Below, one piece after another: positions 50,919 through 62,193 of a stretch of DNA of 64,000 bases. The DNA is taken from NCBI GenBank assembly GCA_048937405.1, contig JBHLNF010000001.1, positions 987,114-1,051,113 on the forward strand, given 5' to 3'. Position 1 is the first letter of the stretch. Each line of letters begins with the position of its first letter. Under the pieces are notes generated by a model, which was not told the DNA's origin, made no database searches, and was given only the letters and a program-made list of their open reading frames with translations. Source of the DNA: Promethearchaeota archaeon. Lineage in GTDB: Archaea > Asgardarchaeota > Lokiarchaeia > Sigyniarchaeales > SOKP01. The translations under genes and the position numbers were made by a program.

Positions 50919-53282
50919 TTAACCCATTATTACTTTAACAAAATGCCTTTTCCCATCATTAAAAATAGATAGGAAATTATTTTCTTGTGCTATGTCATCT
51001 ACTTGTATCTTCTTTATTCCTTTAGATAAATGTTCTGGATTTAAAACCTCGATATCATATACTGCGTTTCTAAAGTTTCTGATTACTTTAAATTTATTCC
51101 ATATTTTTGGAATACACGGATCTATCATCAAACCATGAAATTCTGGACGTATTCCAAGAATCCAATCTGTTGCAGCTTTCAACGTCCATGATGCTGTTCC
51201 TGTAAGCCATGAATTTTTTGCTGCACCGAATTTTGGATGATCATTACCAGTTATCATTTGAGAATAGATATACGGTTCAGTTTTATGTATTTCTGCAATC
51301 TTATTTTTAGTAGTTGGAGCAATTTTTTTATAGTATTCGAATGCTGTATCACCACGACCTAATATACATTCAGCAATCTCTGCCCAAGGATTAGTATGAC
51401 AAAAAACACCTGCATTTTCCTTTAAACCTGGTGGAAAAGTAGATATTCCTCCCATTTTTGGATAAAATTTTGTATATGGGGGATGTAATAATTTAATACC
51501 ATAATCTGTGTTAAGATATTTCCTTACAGAATCCATACTTTGAAAAGCTCGTTCTTCTGGAGCAACTTTACTAAAAACAGCCCATGATTGAGTATTGAGA
51601 AAAATTTTACCCTCCTCATTTTTTTGACTACCTATTACTTCACCATCGTCATTATAAGCACGAATATACCATTTTCCATCCCATGCATTTTTATTTATGT
51701 TTTCTTTAACTTTATCTGCCAAATTTTTATATTTTATAAAATCATTTTTGTGATTGAATTCTTGTGCTATCTCACTTATATCTAATAATGATTTATAGTA
51801 TTGCATAGCAACCATTACACTTTCTGCTTGTTTATTGGGACCATGTAATTGAAGGGTATCATTCCAATCCGCAGTACCTATAAGAGGAAATCCATGTGGC
51901 CCTTTATTATTATTTGTAAATTCTATTGCTCTTTTCAAATGTTCGTATAGATTTTCTCTAGATCTTTCAACATATTTAACATTTTCTTCTAAAATTGAGA
52001 TATCTCCTGTCTCTTTTAAGTAATTACTAACAGCGAAAATTAGCCATAAATGATCATCCCCAAAAAAATTCATAATTGGATTGACATAATCAGGATAACC
52101 CCCTTCCCCTGTTAAAGGAAAAAAAAGATGATATACCTTTCCACTTTCGAATTGGTTTTTAGCAAGTTCTATTAACCGATCCCGAACCTTATTCGGAAGA
52201 ATATGACAAATAGCTAAAGTATCTTGACTACTATCACGAAACCCTAAGCCTCTTCCTATACCAGTTTCATAAAAAGACACATAACGTGCCCAATTAAAAG
52301 TTACTCTACATTGATATGGATTCCAAATATTAATAATGGAATTAAAATCTTTATCTGGAGTCTCTACAAGAAGCCTTTTTAAATATTTATCCCAAACTTC
52401 CTTTATTTTCAATAATTCATTCTCAACATTCTTAAATTTTTCATATTTATGAATTAATTGTGTTGCTTGGGATTTTTCTTTAGTTACCCCTAACAAAAAT
52501 ATAATATTTTTAACTTCATTAGGATCTAAAATAATTTTATTGCATGTAGCAGCAATAGGATTTCCCCCAAGAGCTTGAGAATCAGCACATTTACCTTTTT
52601 CAACACTTATTGGATTTGATTCTGAACGATATTCTCCTATAAATGCTTCACGATCACAATCAAAACTAGTTATATTGCCATTTGAAGAAAAAAACGCGAT
52701 ATAGGTAGATAGATCAAATAAATGATAAAAAATAGCTTTACTTTTTTCATCATATTTAGCGACTGCAACATTTTGAATGTATTGAAGATCTCTTTGATCT
52801 GATATAGCACTCCAAAGACAAAACTCAGCATATGAGAAGATTTTTAATACTTTTCTTTCAGAGGATTTGTTTTGTACTGTCAAAGACCAAATCTCTAAAT
52901 CATCCTCCAGTGCTATAAAATAAAGAATTTCAGCATGAATTTCTTGATAAGATGATGTAAATCTAGTATATCCTAACCCATGTCGACATTCATATTTGTC
53001 CAGACTCTTCATAACTGGTTGCCATGTGGGAGACCAATATTCAGAAGTTTGAGTATCTTTAATATAAATATATCTTCCTGGTCTGTCGATAGGTAAATTG
53101 TTATATCTATATCGAAGAATTCTAAGATCTCGTGGATCTATATAAAAGCTATACCCTCCTCCAGTATTAGAAATCATAGCACAATACTTACTATTACTTA
53201 AATAATTTATCCATGGAAGAGGAGTGTCTGGTCTGGTTATTACATACTCTTTTTTGCTATCATCAAAATATCCATATTGCAT
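50919..53282 (-). CDS. GH94 glycoside phosphorylase (cellobiose/chitobiose phosphorylase-like)
   Basis: PDTPLPWINYL, GFRDSSQD, DWND, ENAGVFCH, SWLTGTASW. Confidence 0.95.
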   Translation of the reverse strand: MQYGYFDDSKKEYVITRPDTPLPWINYLSNSKYCAMISNTGGGYSFYIDPRDLRILRYRYNNLPIDRPGRYIYIKDTQTSEYWSPTWQPVMKSLDKYECRHGLGYTRFTSSYQEIHAEILYFIALEDDLEIWSLTVQNKSSERKVLKIFSYAEFCLWSAISDQRDLQYIQNVAVAKYDEKSKAIFYHLFDLSTYIAFFSSNGNITSFDCDREAFIGEYRSESNPISVEKGKCADSQALGGNPIAATCNKIILDPNEVKNIIFLLGVTKEKSQATQLIHKYEKFKNVENELLKIKEVWDKYLKRLLVETPDKDFNSIINIWNPYQCRVTFNWARYVSFYETGIGRGLGFRDSSQDTLAICHILPNKVRDRLIELAKNQFESGKVYHLFFPLTGEGGYPDYVNPIMNFFGDDHLWLIFAVSNYLKETGDISILEENVKYVERSRENLYEHLKRAIEFTNNNKGPHGFPLIGTADWNDTLQLHGPNKQAESVMVAMQYYKSLLDISEIAQEFNHKNDFIKYKNLADKVKENINKNAWDGKWYIRAYNDDGEVIGSQKNEEGKIFLNTQSWAVFSKVAPEERAFQSMDSVRKYLNTDYGIKLLHPPYTKFYPKMGGISTFPPGLKENAGVFCHTNPWAEIAECILGRGDTAFEYYKKIAPTTKNKIAEIHKTEPYIYSQMITGNDHPKFGAAKNSWLTGTASWTLKAATDWILGIRPEFHGLMIDPCIPKIWNKFKVIRNFRNAVYDIEVLNPEHLSKGIKKIQVDDIAQENNFLSIFNDGKRHFVKVIMG

Positions 53283-53621
53283 TTATATTCCCAATATTAT
53301 GATATATTTTAAAATCTAAAGTTTATGACTTTAAATATTTTTTGAAAGCATTTTTAATTTTCACATTTACTTTTAAGTAAAAATAAATTTAGAAAAAGAT
53401 TTTAAATGAAGTTAAATTTAATCCTGTTATTTTAAATAGCAGCTTAGCTTTATATATTTGCTAACTAATTTCTAAATCCGATAAATAGAGATAAGATAAT
53501 TTAAGAATTATGTTGGCTTATCGACTACAATAAATAAATGAAGGCAAAAAGAAAATTAGATAATAAAATTATCAATTTACATAGATTACCTAGAAAAATA
53601 AATATAGATTAAAAAGTAGTT

Positions 53622-54680
53622 ATGAATTCAAGAATTAAAATTAATGAATATATTGCAGTATCTTCTGAACAGAATAAAATAATAGTTTATATTCAGGAAG
53701 AAAAATTTCAAGAATTTGAGTATTCTTTCATAAATGGAATATTAAATAAATACAAAAATCAACTAAAGAAAATTAATAATTATTGTGATTATGTCGGAAC
53801 TAAATTTGGGAAGGATTCATTTAATAGAGATTTCAATAATTTTGTTTATATATTGAAATTTTGGATTAGAAAAAATTATGATACAGAAATACTGCCATAT
53901 ACCATATCATTTCCTCTTCTGAAAAAATTAGTCGAAATTGGAGATATTAAAGCTAAAAAGATATTCATTAATGAAATTTTAAAAAATCTTTGGGAGGGTG
54001 ATCCATTAGTTGTAAAATATATTTTTAACGAAAAATTTTATGATTTTGTAGCTCTGGATAACTACAGAAGACAAATACATACACCAAAAATTAATGAAAT
54101 AAAACTCACAGTATTTATTTGTTTCATTAATATTTTCATTTATATTCTTTTCAATGAAATACTTCATATAGCAGATCTTTTCTTTTTTGATAGACAGAAA
54201 ATTTTTAATAATTTTGAAGTATGGAGACTAATTACTGCAATTTTTATGCATTTAGAACGATTTTCTTTATTTATTAACACTCTCTTCTTATATTGTGTAG
54301 GGTCTTATTTTGAGGCAAATAATATTCTTTCTAAACCAATATACTTTATAGTATATCTTCTATCTGGTCTTTTAGGTAATATAGTATACATGTTGATAGG
54401 TTTTCAATTATCTTCTGATAATATATCATCTGGTGCCTCAGGAGCAATATTTGGATTAGCAGGAGCATTCATTGTTATTTTACTAGTAAAAAAGAAATAT
54501 AATTGGATATTATTGTATATTTTTATATTCACTTTTTTGTATATCTATACCATCAACCCCCGAATTAATTATATTTCTCATCTATTTGGATTTATTTTTG
54601 GAATGGTAAGTTATTCATTTTTTGTGTTCTTTAACCGACGTAGATTAGCTCCTGACGGGTATGATGTGTCCTCTTTTTGA
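53622..54680 (+). CDS. Rhomboid intramembrane serine protease with soluble N-terminal domain
   Basis: WRLITAIFMH, GASGAIFG, SHLFG. Confidence 0.9.
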   Translation: MNSRIKINEYIAVSSEQNKIIVYIQEEKFQEFEYSFINGILNKYKNQLKKINNYCDYVGTKFGKDSFNRDFNNFVYILKFWIRKNYDTEILPYTISFPLLKKLVEIGDIKAKKIFINEILKNLWEGDPLVVKYIFNEKFYDFVALDNYRRQIHTPKINEIKLTVFICFINIFIYILFNEILHIADLFFFDRQKIFNNFEVWRLITAIFMHLERFSLFINTLFLYCVGSYFEANNILSKPIYFIVYLLSGLLGNIVYMLIGFQLSSDNISSGASGAIFGLAGAFIVILLVKKKYNWILLYIFIFTFLYIYTINPRINYISHLFGFIFGMVSYSFFVFFNRRRLAPDGYDVSSF

Positions 54681-54908
54681 AATAAACATAAATATATTAT
54701 GAGAAAAGTAGAATATTATCCTTGATAACAGGACTATGAAAATAAGCGAAAAAATGCTTTTTATTTGATTATACAAAATTTTGTAAAATAATAATAAAAA
54801 TTATGATGTAATATATAGACTAACAAATAATTATCTCTAACGATAATTAGATAAAAAATTAGTTTTAAGTAATTATTATTGTATTTGACGAATATCAAAT
54901 AAGGTGTT

Positions 54909-55943
54909 ATGAGAAAAAAGAGTATTATAGAGGAGAAAAGATTAATGAACGAAAAAGTAAAAATTATAGGAGAGTCTCTTTCTAATGTACCTTGGGAAGA
55001 TAATCCCCCAGATAGTAAAAATGTTATATGGAGATCTGCAAAAAATCCAATTATTCCCCGTAATTTAATTTCAAAATCAAATAGTATCTTTAATAGTGCA
55101 GTGATCCCATTCGAGAATAAATTTGCAGGAGTTTTTAGAGTAGATCATAAAAGTAGAGAAATGAAATTACATAGAGGATTCAGTGATGACGGATTTTCAT
55201 GGAAAATTGATGAAGATTCAATCAAATTTATTTGTGAAAATCCTGAGATTGCTAATTTTGAATATGGTTATGACCCCCGCGTTGTAAAATTAGATGGAAA
55301 ATACTATATTACTTGGTGTAATGGCTATAACCTCCAGCCTACAATTGGTGTAGCATATACGGAAGAATTTGAGGAATTTTATCAGTTAGAAAATGCTTAT
55401 TTACCATTCAATAGAAATGGAGTTCTATTTCCACGAAAAATTAATAGAAAATATGCGATGTTAAATCGTCCCAGTGATAATGGTCACACTCCATTTGGGG
55501 ACATATTTTATAGTGAAAGTCCTGATATGATTCATTGGGGATGTCATCGTCGTGTAATGACACCTATCCCTTTCACTTGGCAATCTACAAAAGTGGGTGC
55601 TGGTCCAAACCCCATAGAAACAAATATTGGATGGTTATTGATATATCATGGTGTATTAACCTCCTGCAATGGTTTTGTTTACAGTATGGGTGCTGCTATA
55701 TTAGATATTAATAAACCTTGGAAAGTGTTATACAGAACAAAACCCTATTTAATGTCTCCTCAAAAACAGTATGAATGTATTGGAGATGTTCCAAATGTAA
55801 TTTTCCCTTCTTCAACGTTAACAGATTCCAAAACAGGGCATATTGCTATCTATTATGGAGCTGCAGATACTGTCACTTGTCTAGCTTACACAAAAGTGGA
55901 TGAGTTAATTGAATTTATAAAAGAGAATACTGTCGAATCCTAA
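54909..55943 (+). CDS. GH130 beta-1,4-mannoside phosphorylase
   Basis: IFNSAV, YDPRV, NRNGVLFP, RPSDNGHTPFGDIF, YYGAAD. Confidence 0.93.
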   Translation: MRKKSIIEEKRLMNEKVKIIGESLSNVPWEDNPPDSKNVIWRSAKNPIIPRNLISKSNSIFNSAVIPFENKFAGVFRVDHKSREMKLHRGFSDDGFSWKIDEDSIKFICENPEIANFEYGYDPRVVKLDGKYYITWCNGYNLQPTIGVAYTEEFEEFYQLENAYLPFNRNGVLFPRKINRKYAMLNRPSDNGHTPFGDIFYSESPDMIHWGCHRRVMTPIPFTWQSTKVGAGPNPIETNIGWLLIYHGVLTSCNGFVYSMGAAILDINKPWKVLYRTKPYLMSPQKQYECIGDVPNVIFPSSTLTDSKTGHIAIYYGAADTVTCLAYTKVDELIEFIKENTVES

Positions 55944-56122
55944 AATTTCAATTTAATATTTAATTTAGATATTATTTAGAGTAAAAGATGAATTTTAGAA
56001 TAAAGTGAACTCTTGAACTTAACTTTTTTTGTGGTTTTTTAGATTAAAAGACTTATAGTCTTATATTACTCGATCAAATTAGAGAATTTAAAATTTTTTT
56101 TTCAAATTGTAATTAGAATTTA

Positions 56123-56770
56123 TTATTCTGGCATCGAAAACTTAAGTTTCATTCCATTTAATAACTTTTCAGAAGAACTCCCACCAAAATTCTTTCCAAT
56201 TCGATGAATCTGGGAATAATCCTCCTGAATCAATTCATATCCATCGCCTGCTAAATATTTTGAGATAAGATATTTAACAAAAATCGAGAAATTATGATCC
56301 ATGTCATGTTCTCCTTCAAAAATAAATTCATTTTCCTTTTTTGAGTAAGAAGCATTTTCAAACCAATTTTGACCATCAATAGAAAAAATAGATTTTATAA
56401 TTTCGATAACATGATCGACATTACTAGAAATATATTTACATGGTAATTTGCAATTTTTATTTTGTGCCCGAATTTCCCATTGTTCTACATCGGATTTACC
56501 ATTCAGAAAAGATATCTCAGCCATTTCTTCTAAGGTCTTGTCATCAGCTACTTTCAGTAACCTAGAAAATATATTATGACTTAAAATTAATTTAGGATTC
56601 GGTCTTTCAGTATTTATAGGATTCATAGTAATATATTGGTTAATTGCTTGTTTGATAATTTTTGAAGTAGATTTTACACTAAATGCATCTTTAATAAGTT
56701 CAATTTCATCAATAATAAATGGATCCAGACGAAGAGTAAAGATGTTGGATAAAGATTTTTTATCAGGCAT
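56123..56770 (-). CDS. Putative regulator with N-terminal ribbon-helix-helix
   Basis: IFTLRLD...STSKIIKQAINQYI. Confidence 0.6.
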   Translation of the reverse strand: MPDKKSLSNIFTLRLDPFIIDEIELIKDAFSVKSTSKIIKQAINQYITMNPINTERPNPKLILSHNIFSRLLKVADDKTLEEMAEISFLNGKSDVEQWEIRAQNKNCKLPCKYISSNVDHVIEIIKSIFSIDGQNWFENASYSKKENEFIFEGEHDMDHNFSIFVKYLISKYLAGDGYELIQEDYSQIHRIGKNFGGSSSEKLLNGMKLKFSMPE

Positions 56771-57263
56771 TTTTCTCCATATTATAAGAGTTTTTTTAAA
56801 ATAAAATACAACTAATCTAATGTAATTTCTTAAACTTGATAAATGTTTCTGAATCCTTTTTAAGGATACAAATCAGCTGAAATTCTATAATAATGAAGTA
56901 ACATTTAAATAATATGATTACATTTATTTTATTGTAATACATAATTTTCAATATAAAATTTATAAAAAACAAAATATTAAGAGGTATAAAAATTGTATCG
57001 CTTACATCCGAATGAGTATAAATATAAAAAACATAAAAAAGTTATAATAATTTCACCAGATCTTGTTATCCGAATTATCTAAATTATAAATTAATTTTTT
57101 TATTTCTATATACAATTAAAGTAATGTATTCATCATTAAGAATTTATCTTCATTTAAAATTTATAGAACTTTTTAACCTATAATATTAAGAATAATAAAG
57201 TTTATTGATTATTATGATACACGATTTAAAAGAAACTGTCTTTCTGATTATATGTGAAATAAA

Positions 57264-58274
57264 ATGAAAAAAAGATTACTTGGAAAAACAGGAATTGAAG
57301 TTAGTCCTTTAGGTTTAGGGTGTTGGGCTATTGGGGGGCCACTCTCTCGTATAGAAGGTACTGAAGCAGGTTATGGGACTGTCAATGATGAAGAATCTAT
57401 TAAAGCAATTCATCGTGCTATAGATTTAGGGGTTAATTTTTTTGATACAGCAGATATATACGGTGCGGGACATAGTGAAGAAATCCTTGGTAAAGCACTT
57501 AAGGAGTATAGAGATGATATTGTTATAGCTACAAAATTTGGAAATACATTTGATAAAGGAAATAAAAAAATAACTGGGATAGATATATCTCCAGAATATA
57601 TCAGAAATGCTTGTGAATCATCTTTAAAACGTTTAAATACAGATTTTATTGATCTATATTGGTTACACTGTTGGTCTGTTTCAAAAGAAGATCTTATTTC
57701 TGTGAGAGATACATTAGATGATTTAAGTAAAGAGGGTTTAATAAAATCATATGGTTGGAGTACAGATCTTTCAGATTTATCAGAATATTTTGTACAAAAT
57801 TCAAAGTGTGTTGCAATTCAACATGAATTAAATGTTCTCCATGATATGAAAGAAATGATCGATTTGTGTAAAAAATATAATTTAGCAAGTGTAAATCGAA
57901 CTGTTCTTGCAATGGGATTACTAACAGGAAAATATTCAATAAATTCAAAATTACCTAATAATGATGTTAGAGGAATTAATGCACCTAATTGGGTGAAATA
58001 TTTTAAGGATGGAAAACCAAATGCAGAATGGTTAAAAAAACTGGAAAAAATAAAAGAAATTTTAATGAGTGAAGGAAGATCTATTGTACAAGGTGCATTA
58101 TCATGGAATTTAGCGCGGAGTGACAAAACAATACCTATTCCTGGATTTAAAACATTAGAACAAGTTGAAGAAAACATACAGACAATTGAATTTGGACCAT
58201 TAAATAATGATCAAATGAAAGAAATTGAGAGAATACTTGGAAAGAGAAACTTTTTATATACTATGAATGGATAA
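57264..58274 (+). CDS. Aldo/keto reductase
   Basis: LGLGCWAIGG, FDTADIYG, IATKFG, IDLYWLH, PIPG. Confidence 0.94.
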   Translation: MKKRLLGKTGIEVSPLGLGCWAIGGPLSRIEGTEAGYGTVNDEESIKAIHRAIDLGVNFFDTADIYGAGHSEEILGKALKEYRDDIVIATKFGNTFDKGNKKITGIDISPEYIRNACESSLKRLNTDFIDLYWLHCWSVSKEDLISVRDTLDDLSKEGLIKSYGWSTDLSDLSEYFVQNSKCVAIQHELNVLHDMKEMIDLCKKYNLASVNRTVLAMGLLTGKYSINSKLPNNDVRGINAPNWVKYFKDGKPNAEWLKKLEKIKEILMSEGRSIVQGALSWNLARSDKTIPIPGFKTLEQVEENIQTIEFGPLNNDQMKEIERILGKRNFLYTMNG

Positions 58275-58349
58275 ATTCAAAATAAGTAGATTCAATGAGT
58301 TTTTCCTTATTTTAATCTATAATAATAGCAAATAGAGATAATTAAGATA

Positions 58350-59744
58350 TTATACCCATTTTTCCAATGTTTTTTCTAAATGGGTAATTCCTTCTAATTC
58401 ACATACTTTGACATTTTTAAGAATTTCTACGCCTTTCTTTCTTTTTTCTAATGTAAGAGTACTATTCTCTGGTTCGAAATATGGGAAGAGGAAAGTAAAT
58501 TGTTCTAAATGCATTTTAGCATCCCTATAACTTTTACTTGCTTCCTTTAAATGAACGCCCTGTGGAGTATTTTTATATTTACGAGCTAATCTATCTAAAT
58601 ATTCAAATATTACACCTTTAGCATCAAAAAAGTAAATTCCCAAAACACTATTTCCATAGAGATCTATTTCTTCTTCCCCTTTTTCTAACATGTATATCCA
58701 GAAATCATATGCTTGAGGACCAACATAATATCCTCCACTAGAATATTCTGTTCCTTTAGCAAATTTTAAAGCTCGTTCTAAAGCATTTCTTTCTATAATA
58801 TCTATTTCTTCTGTTTCCTTTTTATTATCAAAATAGTAATATCTAAACTTATCAAGTATTCTAAGTTGATCGAATCGAATTGGAACTTCATTACGTCCTT
58901 CTTTTCGATAGTAACTACTCACAAGATAACTATCATTTCTATAACCATTAACAATCCCAAAATTTGCATCATGGATACCAAATAATATTATTGGTGTATC
59001 ATTATCTATAAATTCTTTAACTTGATTGAAAACCTTTAATGCTAAATCAATGTCTTCCCCCGTTAAATTCCATTTACCCGGATTATTTCTCTTTTGTTCC
59101 CAATTTTTTATTTTCCAGCCAAATGATTCAGTACCTTTATAGATTTCTTGCCATGCATCAGGTGGATTGTTTTCCTTAATCAGGGATGTTCTAATTATTC
59201 CAGGTATACTTACAAGAAAACAATAACCTATAATACCGCTTATGTATACGTAATCGTGTTGAACTCCCAAAAAATTTAGCACACCTGTAATTGAGGATAT
59301 ATATGAGTTCCAACCACCTTCATATAAAGCGGGATTATTCACCTTATTTTCATTAATAATTCTAGGTTCCTTCAAAAAATCTGGCCATTCAGGCCATTCA
59401 TTGAATATTTTTTCTTGTTCATTTTGAGAACTTTCAATAATGAGTTTATATGCTTTAATTATACTTAGAATAAATTCAACACCAGCTTCAGTTATTTGAT
59501 ATCTTCCCCATTCTTCTTTTTCGATTAATTGTGATTTTAATAGCAAATCGAGATGATGATTAATCGTAGTCCGCTTGATTTTTAAGCGATCCAACATGAA
59601 GGAAAAACTTTTAGATCCCTTTAAGAGATATGCTAAAATTATTAGGCGTTTTGAAGAACCAGTAGCCTTTAAAACCATCGTAATATCTTTATAAGATTCT
59701 AAGATAATTTTTGAGGCATCTTCCGCTGTTATTCGATGCTGCAT
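58350..59744 (-). CDS. ArsR-type wHTH regulator with large C-terminal domain
   Basis: KRLIILAYL...TINHHLDLL..QLIEK..WGRYQITEAG. Confidence 0.8.
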   Translation of the reverse strand: MQHRITAEDASKIILESYKDITMVLKATGSSKRLIILAYLLKGSKSFSFMLDRLKIKRTTINHHLDLLLKSQLIEKEEWGRYQITEAGVEFILSIIKAYKLIIESSQNEQEKIFNEWPEWPDFLKEPRIINENKVNNPALYEGGWNSYISSITGVLNFLGVQHDYVYISGIIGYCFLVSIPGIIRTSLIKENNPPDAWQEIYKGTESFGWKIKNWEQKRNNPGKWNLTGEDIDLALKVFNQVKEFIDNDTPIILFGIHDANFGIVNGYRNDSYLVSSYYRKEGRNEVPIRFDQLRILDKFRYYYFDNKKETEEIDIIERNALERALKFAKGTEYSSGGYYVGPQAYDFWIYMLEKGEEEIDLYGNSVLGIYFFDAKGVIFEYLDRLARKYKNTPQGVHLKEASKSYRDAKMHLEQFTFLFPYFEPENSTLTLEKRKKGVEILKNVKVCELEGITHLEKTLEKWV

Positions 59745-59966
59745 TTTTATACCTCTAATTATATTTGAATAATTGATCTAATAAATAAATAATTTACCTA
59801 TAAATATAGTATTTTTTACATTTAAGATAGTATTTAAAGTTATAAATTTTTCTCAAAAAATTTTCTATTAAATAACATTTTCAGTTCAATTTTATAGTAT
59901 TATTATATATATTAATAAAAGAAGAAACCGAAAAGTTTATAAAAAAAAAAAGAAAAATATAGAATA

Positions 59967-59990
59967 AATATACTATATTTTTAGTATATT
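59967..59990. promoter_or_regulatory. Inverted repeat, candidate operator between regulator and ABC operon
   Basis: aatatacta-N6-tagtatatt; related ATAGTATT at 59806, 59827, 59894; very AT-rich, so weak. Confidence 0.35.
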
Positions 59991-60053
59991 AAAAAAATTT
60001 AAAAATAAAAATATGAACTGTTATAAAAACTTGTTTTTTCAATAGATTATTTA

Positions 60054-62093
60054 TTGAAAATCCAGTTTAAAAAAAAAAATTGGGAAAAAAAAATGAAAAT
60101 AAAAAAAAATTTTTTAATCCTTATAAGTTTGCTTATATTTGTAGCGATATTTACAACTCGTTCAACGATAGCGGATGAACAGCCTATGCTTTCATCAATC
60201 CCTGGCATTCCCAATCAGCGAACTACAGAACCACCTCGTCATCAAACTATGTGGATGGCAGGAAGTTATAATTCTCCAACTTCTTTTATACCATGGAGTA
60301 CTAGTTTAGCACCAGGTACAGATGCTGGTATGTACGAAGCGTTATTTGGATATAATAGTTTAAAAGAACGAGATGAACCTTGTATAGGTACTAATTATTC
60401 GTGGAGTGCAACTGGAGATAGTGTTACTATTGATCTAAATCCTAACGCTAAATGGTCTGATAACCAAACTATTGATGCTAGTGATGTAGCATATAGTTTT
60501 GAACTTGCTGGAAACCAAACAAGATATAAAGAAGATTTTGCATTAAGATTTGATGATTTTGTCGCAGTAGATAATGATACTGTCCGATTTGATATTAATC
60601 CTGGTTATGAATTTAGCCGACAAGTCGAAATCTGGATGAAATACAATATTCCAATTATACCAGAACATATTTGGACTGAAATTGTTGCTGAAGAAAGTGA
60701 TGATGGTGATTTTTCAACTTCCACCTTTCAATATGATTGGTTTGATGATGAAGATACACCTGACGAATGGAAAGTAATCTCTGGACCTTACGCTCCTGTA
60801 TATCGAAATGCAGACGAAACGACTTGTGTATTTCAATATAGAGAGGATTGGTGGGGTGCTGATATTCTTTATACAAATCTTCCTAATTATTCCCCAGCTC
60901 AAAGAGCTAACCCTGGCGAGGAAGGCTGTATTCCTAAATATATAGCAGCCAACGCGTTTTGGGACAATCCATCACAAGATCTTGCCTTTATTGAAGGAAG
61001 AATAGATTTATTTGCTGGTTATTATGCTAACATCTGGGAGGTTTGGGAAAATGCTGACGAAGGTGATCCTGAATCATTTGTAACTACTTGGTATGGTCAT
61101 GACTCTCCTTACCAATTAGCAGCAAGTGCTCTTATGAATATGGCTCCCAATCATGCCGCAGAAGATGAACCTTTTGATATACCCGAATTCAGACAAGCCT
61201 TAGCATATGCTATTAATTATGACCCTATTCCAGATGATGCAGCTTCTGGATACTGGATACAAGCGAATCCTGGATGGCTTGCTCCTGAAAGCGTATTACA
61301 TGAGCCCTATTATAATGCAAGTATTACTGAAACATATAAAAAGGAATTAAATGTTACTAAGGCAATATGGTTATTAGGAAACATTACAGATATGACTGGA
61401 AACGTGAATGATGGATGGAAATATAAGGGAAATGATGTTGGCCCTTACACAATGATATGTCCTATTGGTTGGACTGATGCTATTGCATTTACAACTTATG
61501 TATGTGAGGATATTTCCACAAATTTAGGTATTTCAATAACATTATCAGAAGTTGAATATGAAACTGTATATAAAGATTCAATAGCCAATCAAGACTATGA
61601 TTTTGCAATGTTCGTTGGTGGAAATCGATTAGCTGATTATCCTCCAAGATTTCTTGATTCCATGAGAGGAGAACACTTATGGAATAAGAATGTAACCAGT
61701 TGGGATAGTGCTTTAGCGGAAGAATTTAACGACTTATGGAATTTATTAGATGCTGCACCAGAGGCAGAATATAAACAATATCTCAATAGAATGCAAGAAA
61801 TTTTAGCTCAAGAAGTTCCAGAAATTCCTGGTTTTGTTAATGGATATTGGTATGCTGTTTCTGAATATCAATGGACAGGTTGGGCTACTGAAGATAATGA
61901 CTTCCAACAGCTAGTTACCACTTGGTCAGATAGTCAATTCGCCATAAAAACAAGATTAGTATTGAATTTAGTGAGTACTGGTAGAAAGCCAAGTGAAGCA
62001 ATTCCATGGTTTGGTTTAGAAATCCTAACATGTTTAGGTATCGCTTCTATTGTAATAATAACAGCTATAAATTTAAGGAAAAAAAGGAAATGA
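60054..62093 (+). CDS. ABC transporter substrate-binding protein, family 5 (OppA/DppA-like, possibly oligosaccharide-binding)
   Basis: AKWSD..TIDASDVAYSF, SGPY, FRQALAYAIN; C-terminal IPWF-TM-RKKRK; start may be ATG 60093. Confidence 0.9.
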   Translation: MKIQFKKKNWEKKMKIKKNFLILISLLIFVAIFTTRSTIADEQPMLSSIPGIPNQRTTEPPRHQTMWMAGSYNSPTSFIPWSTSLAPGTDAGMYEALFGYNSLKERDEPCIGTNYSWSATGDSVTIDLNPNAKWSDNQTIDASDVAYSFELAGNQTRYKEDFALRFDDFVAVDNDTVRFDINPGYEFSRQVEIWMKYNIPIIPEHIWTEIVAEESDDGDFSTSTFQYDWFDDEDTPDEWKVISGPYAPVYRNADETTCVFQYREDWWGADILYTNLPNYSPAQRANPGEEGCIPKYIAANAFWDNPSQDLAFIEGRIDLFAGYYANIWEVWENADEGDPESFVTTWYGHDSPYQLAASALMNMAPNHAAEDEPFDIPEFRQALAYAINYDPIPDDAASGYWIQANPGWLAPESVLHEPYYNASITETYKKELNVTKAIWLLGNITDMTGNVNDGWKYKGNDVGPYTMICPIGWTDAIAFTTYVCEDISTNLGISITLSEVEYETVYKDSIANQDYDFAMFVGGNRLADYPPRFLDSMRGEHLWNKNVTSWDSALAEEFNDLWNLLDAAPEAEYKQYLNRMQEILAQEVPEIPGFVNGYWYAVSEYQWTGWATEDNDFQQLVTTWSDSQFAIKTRLVLNLVSTGRKPSEAIPWFGLEILTCLGIASIVIITAINLRKKRK

Positions 62094-62193
62094 GCTATAT
62101 AAACATACAAAAAATATAAAAAATAATTAATTTTTTTTTTCTTTTATTATAATAATAACGATTAAGTATTTAGAATCAACAAACTTAAATTAT

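Noticed and set aside
56815-57135. Recurrent TGTAAT/ATTACA words upstream of the RHH-type regulator
   Set aside because: Could be operator half-sites, but too short and AT-rich to separate from chance by eye
4088-60902. Many short tracked ORFs overlapping longer genes (e.g. 4088, 8756, 10424, 16631, 19809, 20532, 23852, 24484, 34715, 57818, 60655)
   Set aside because: Antisense or alternate-frame shadows of well-supported genes, with no motifs of their own
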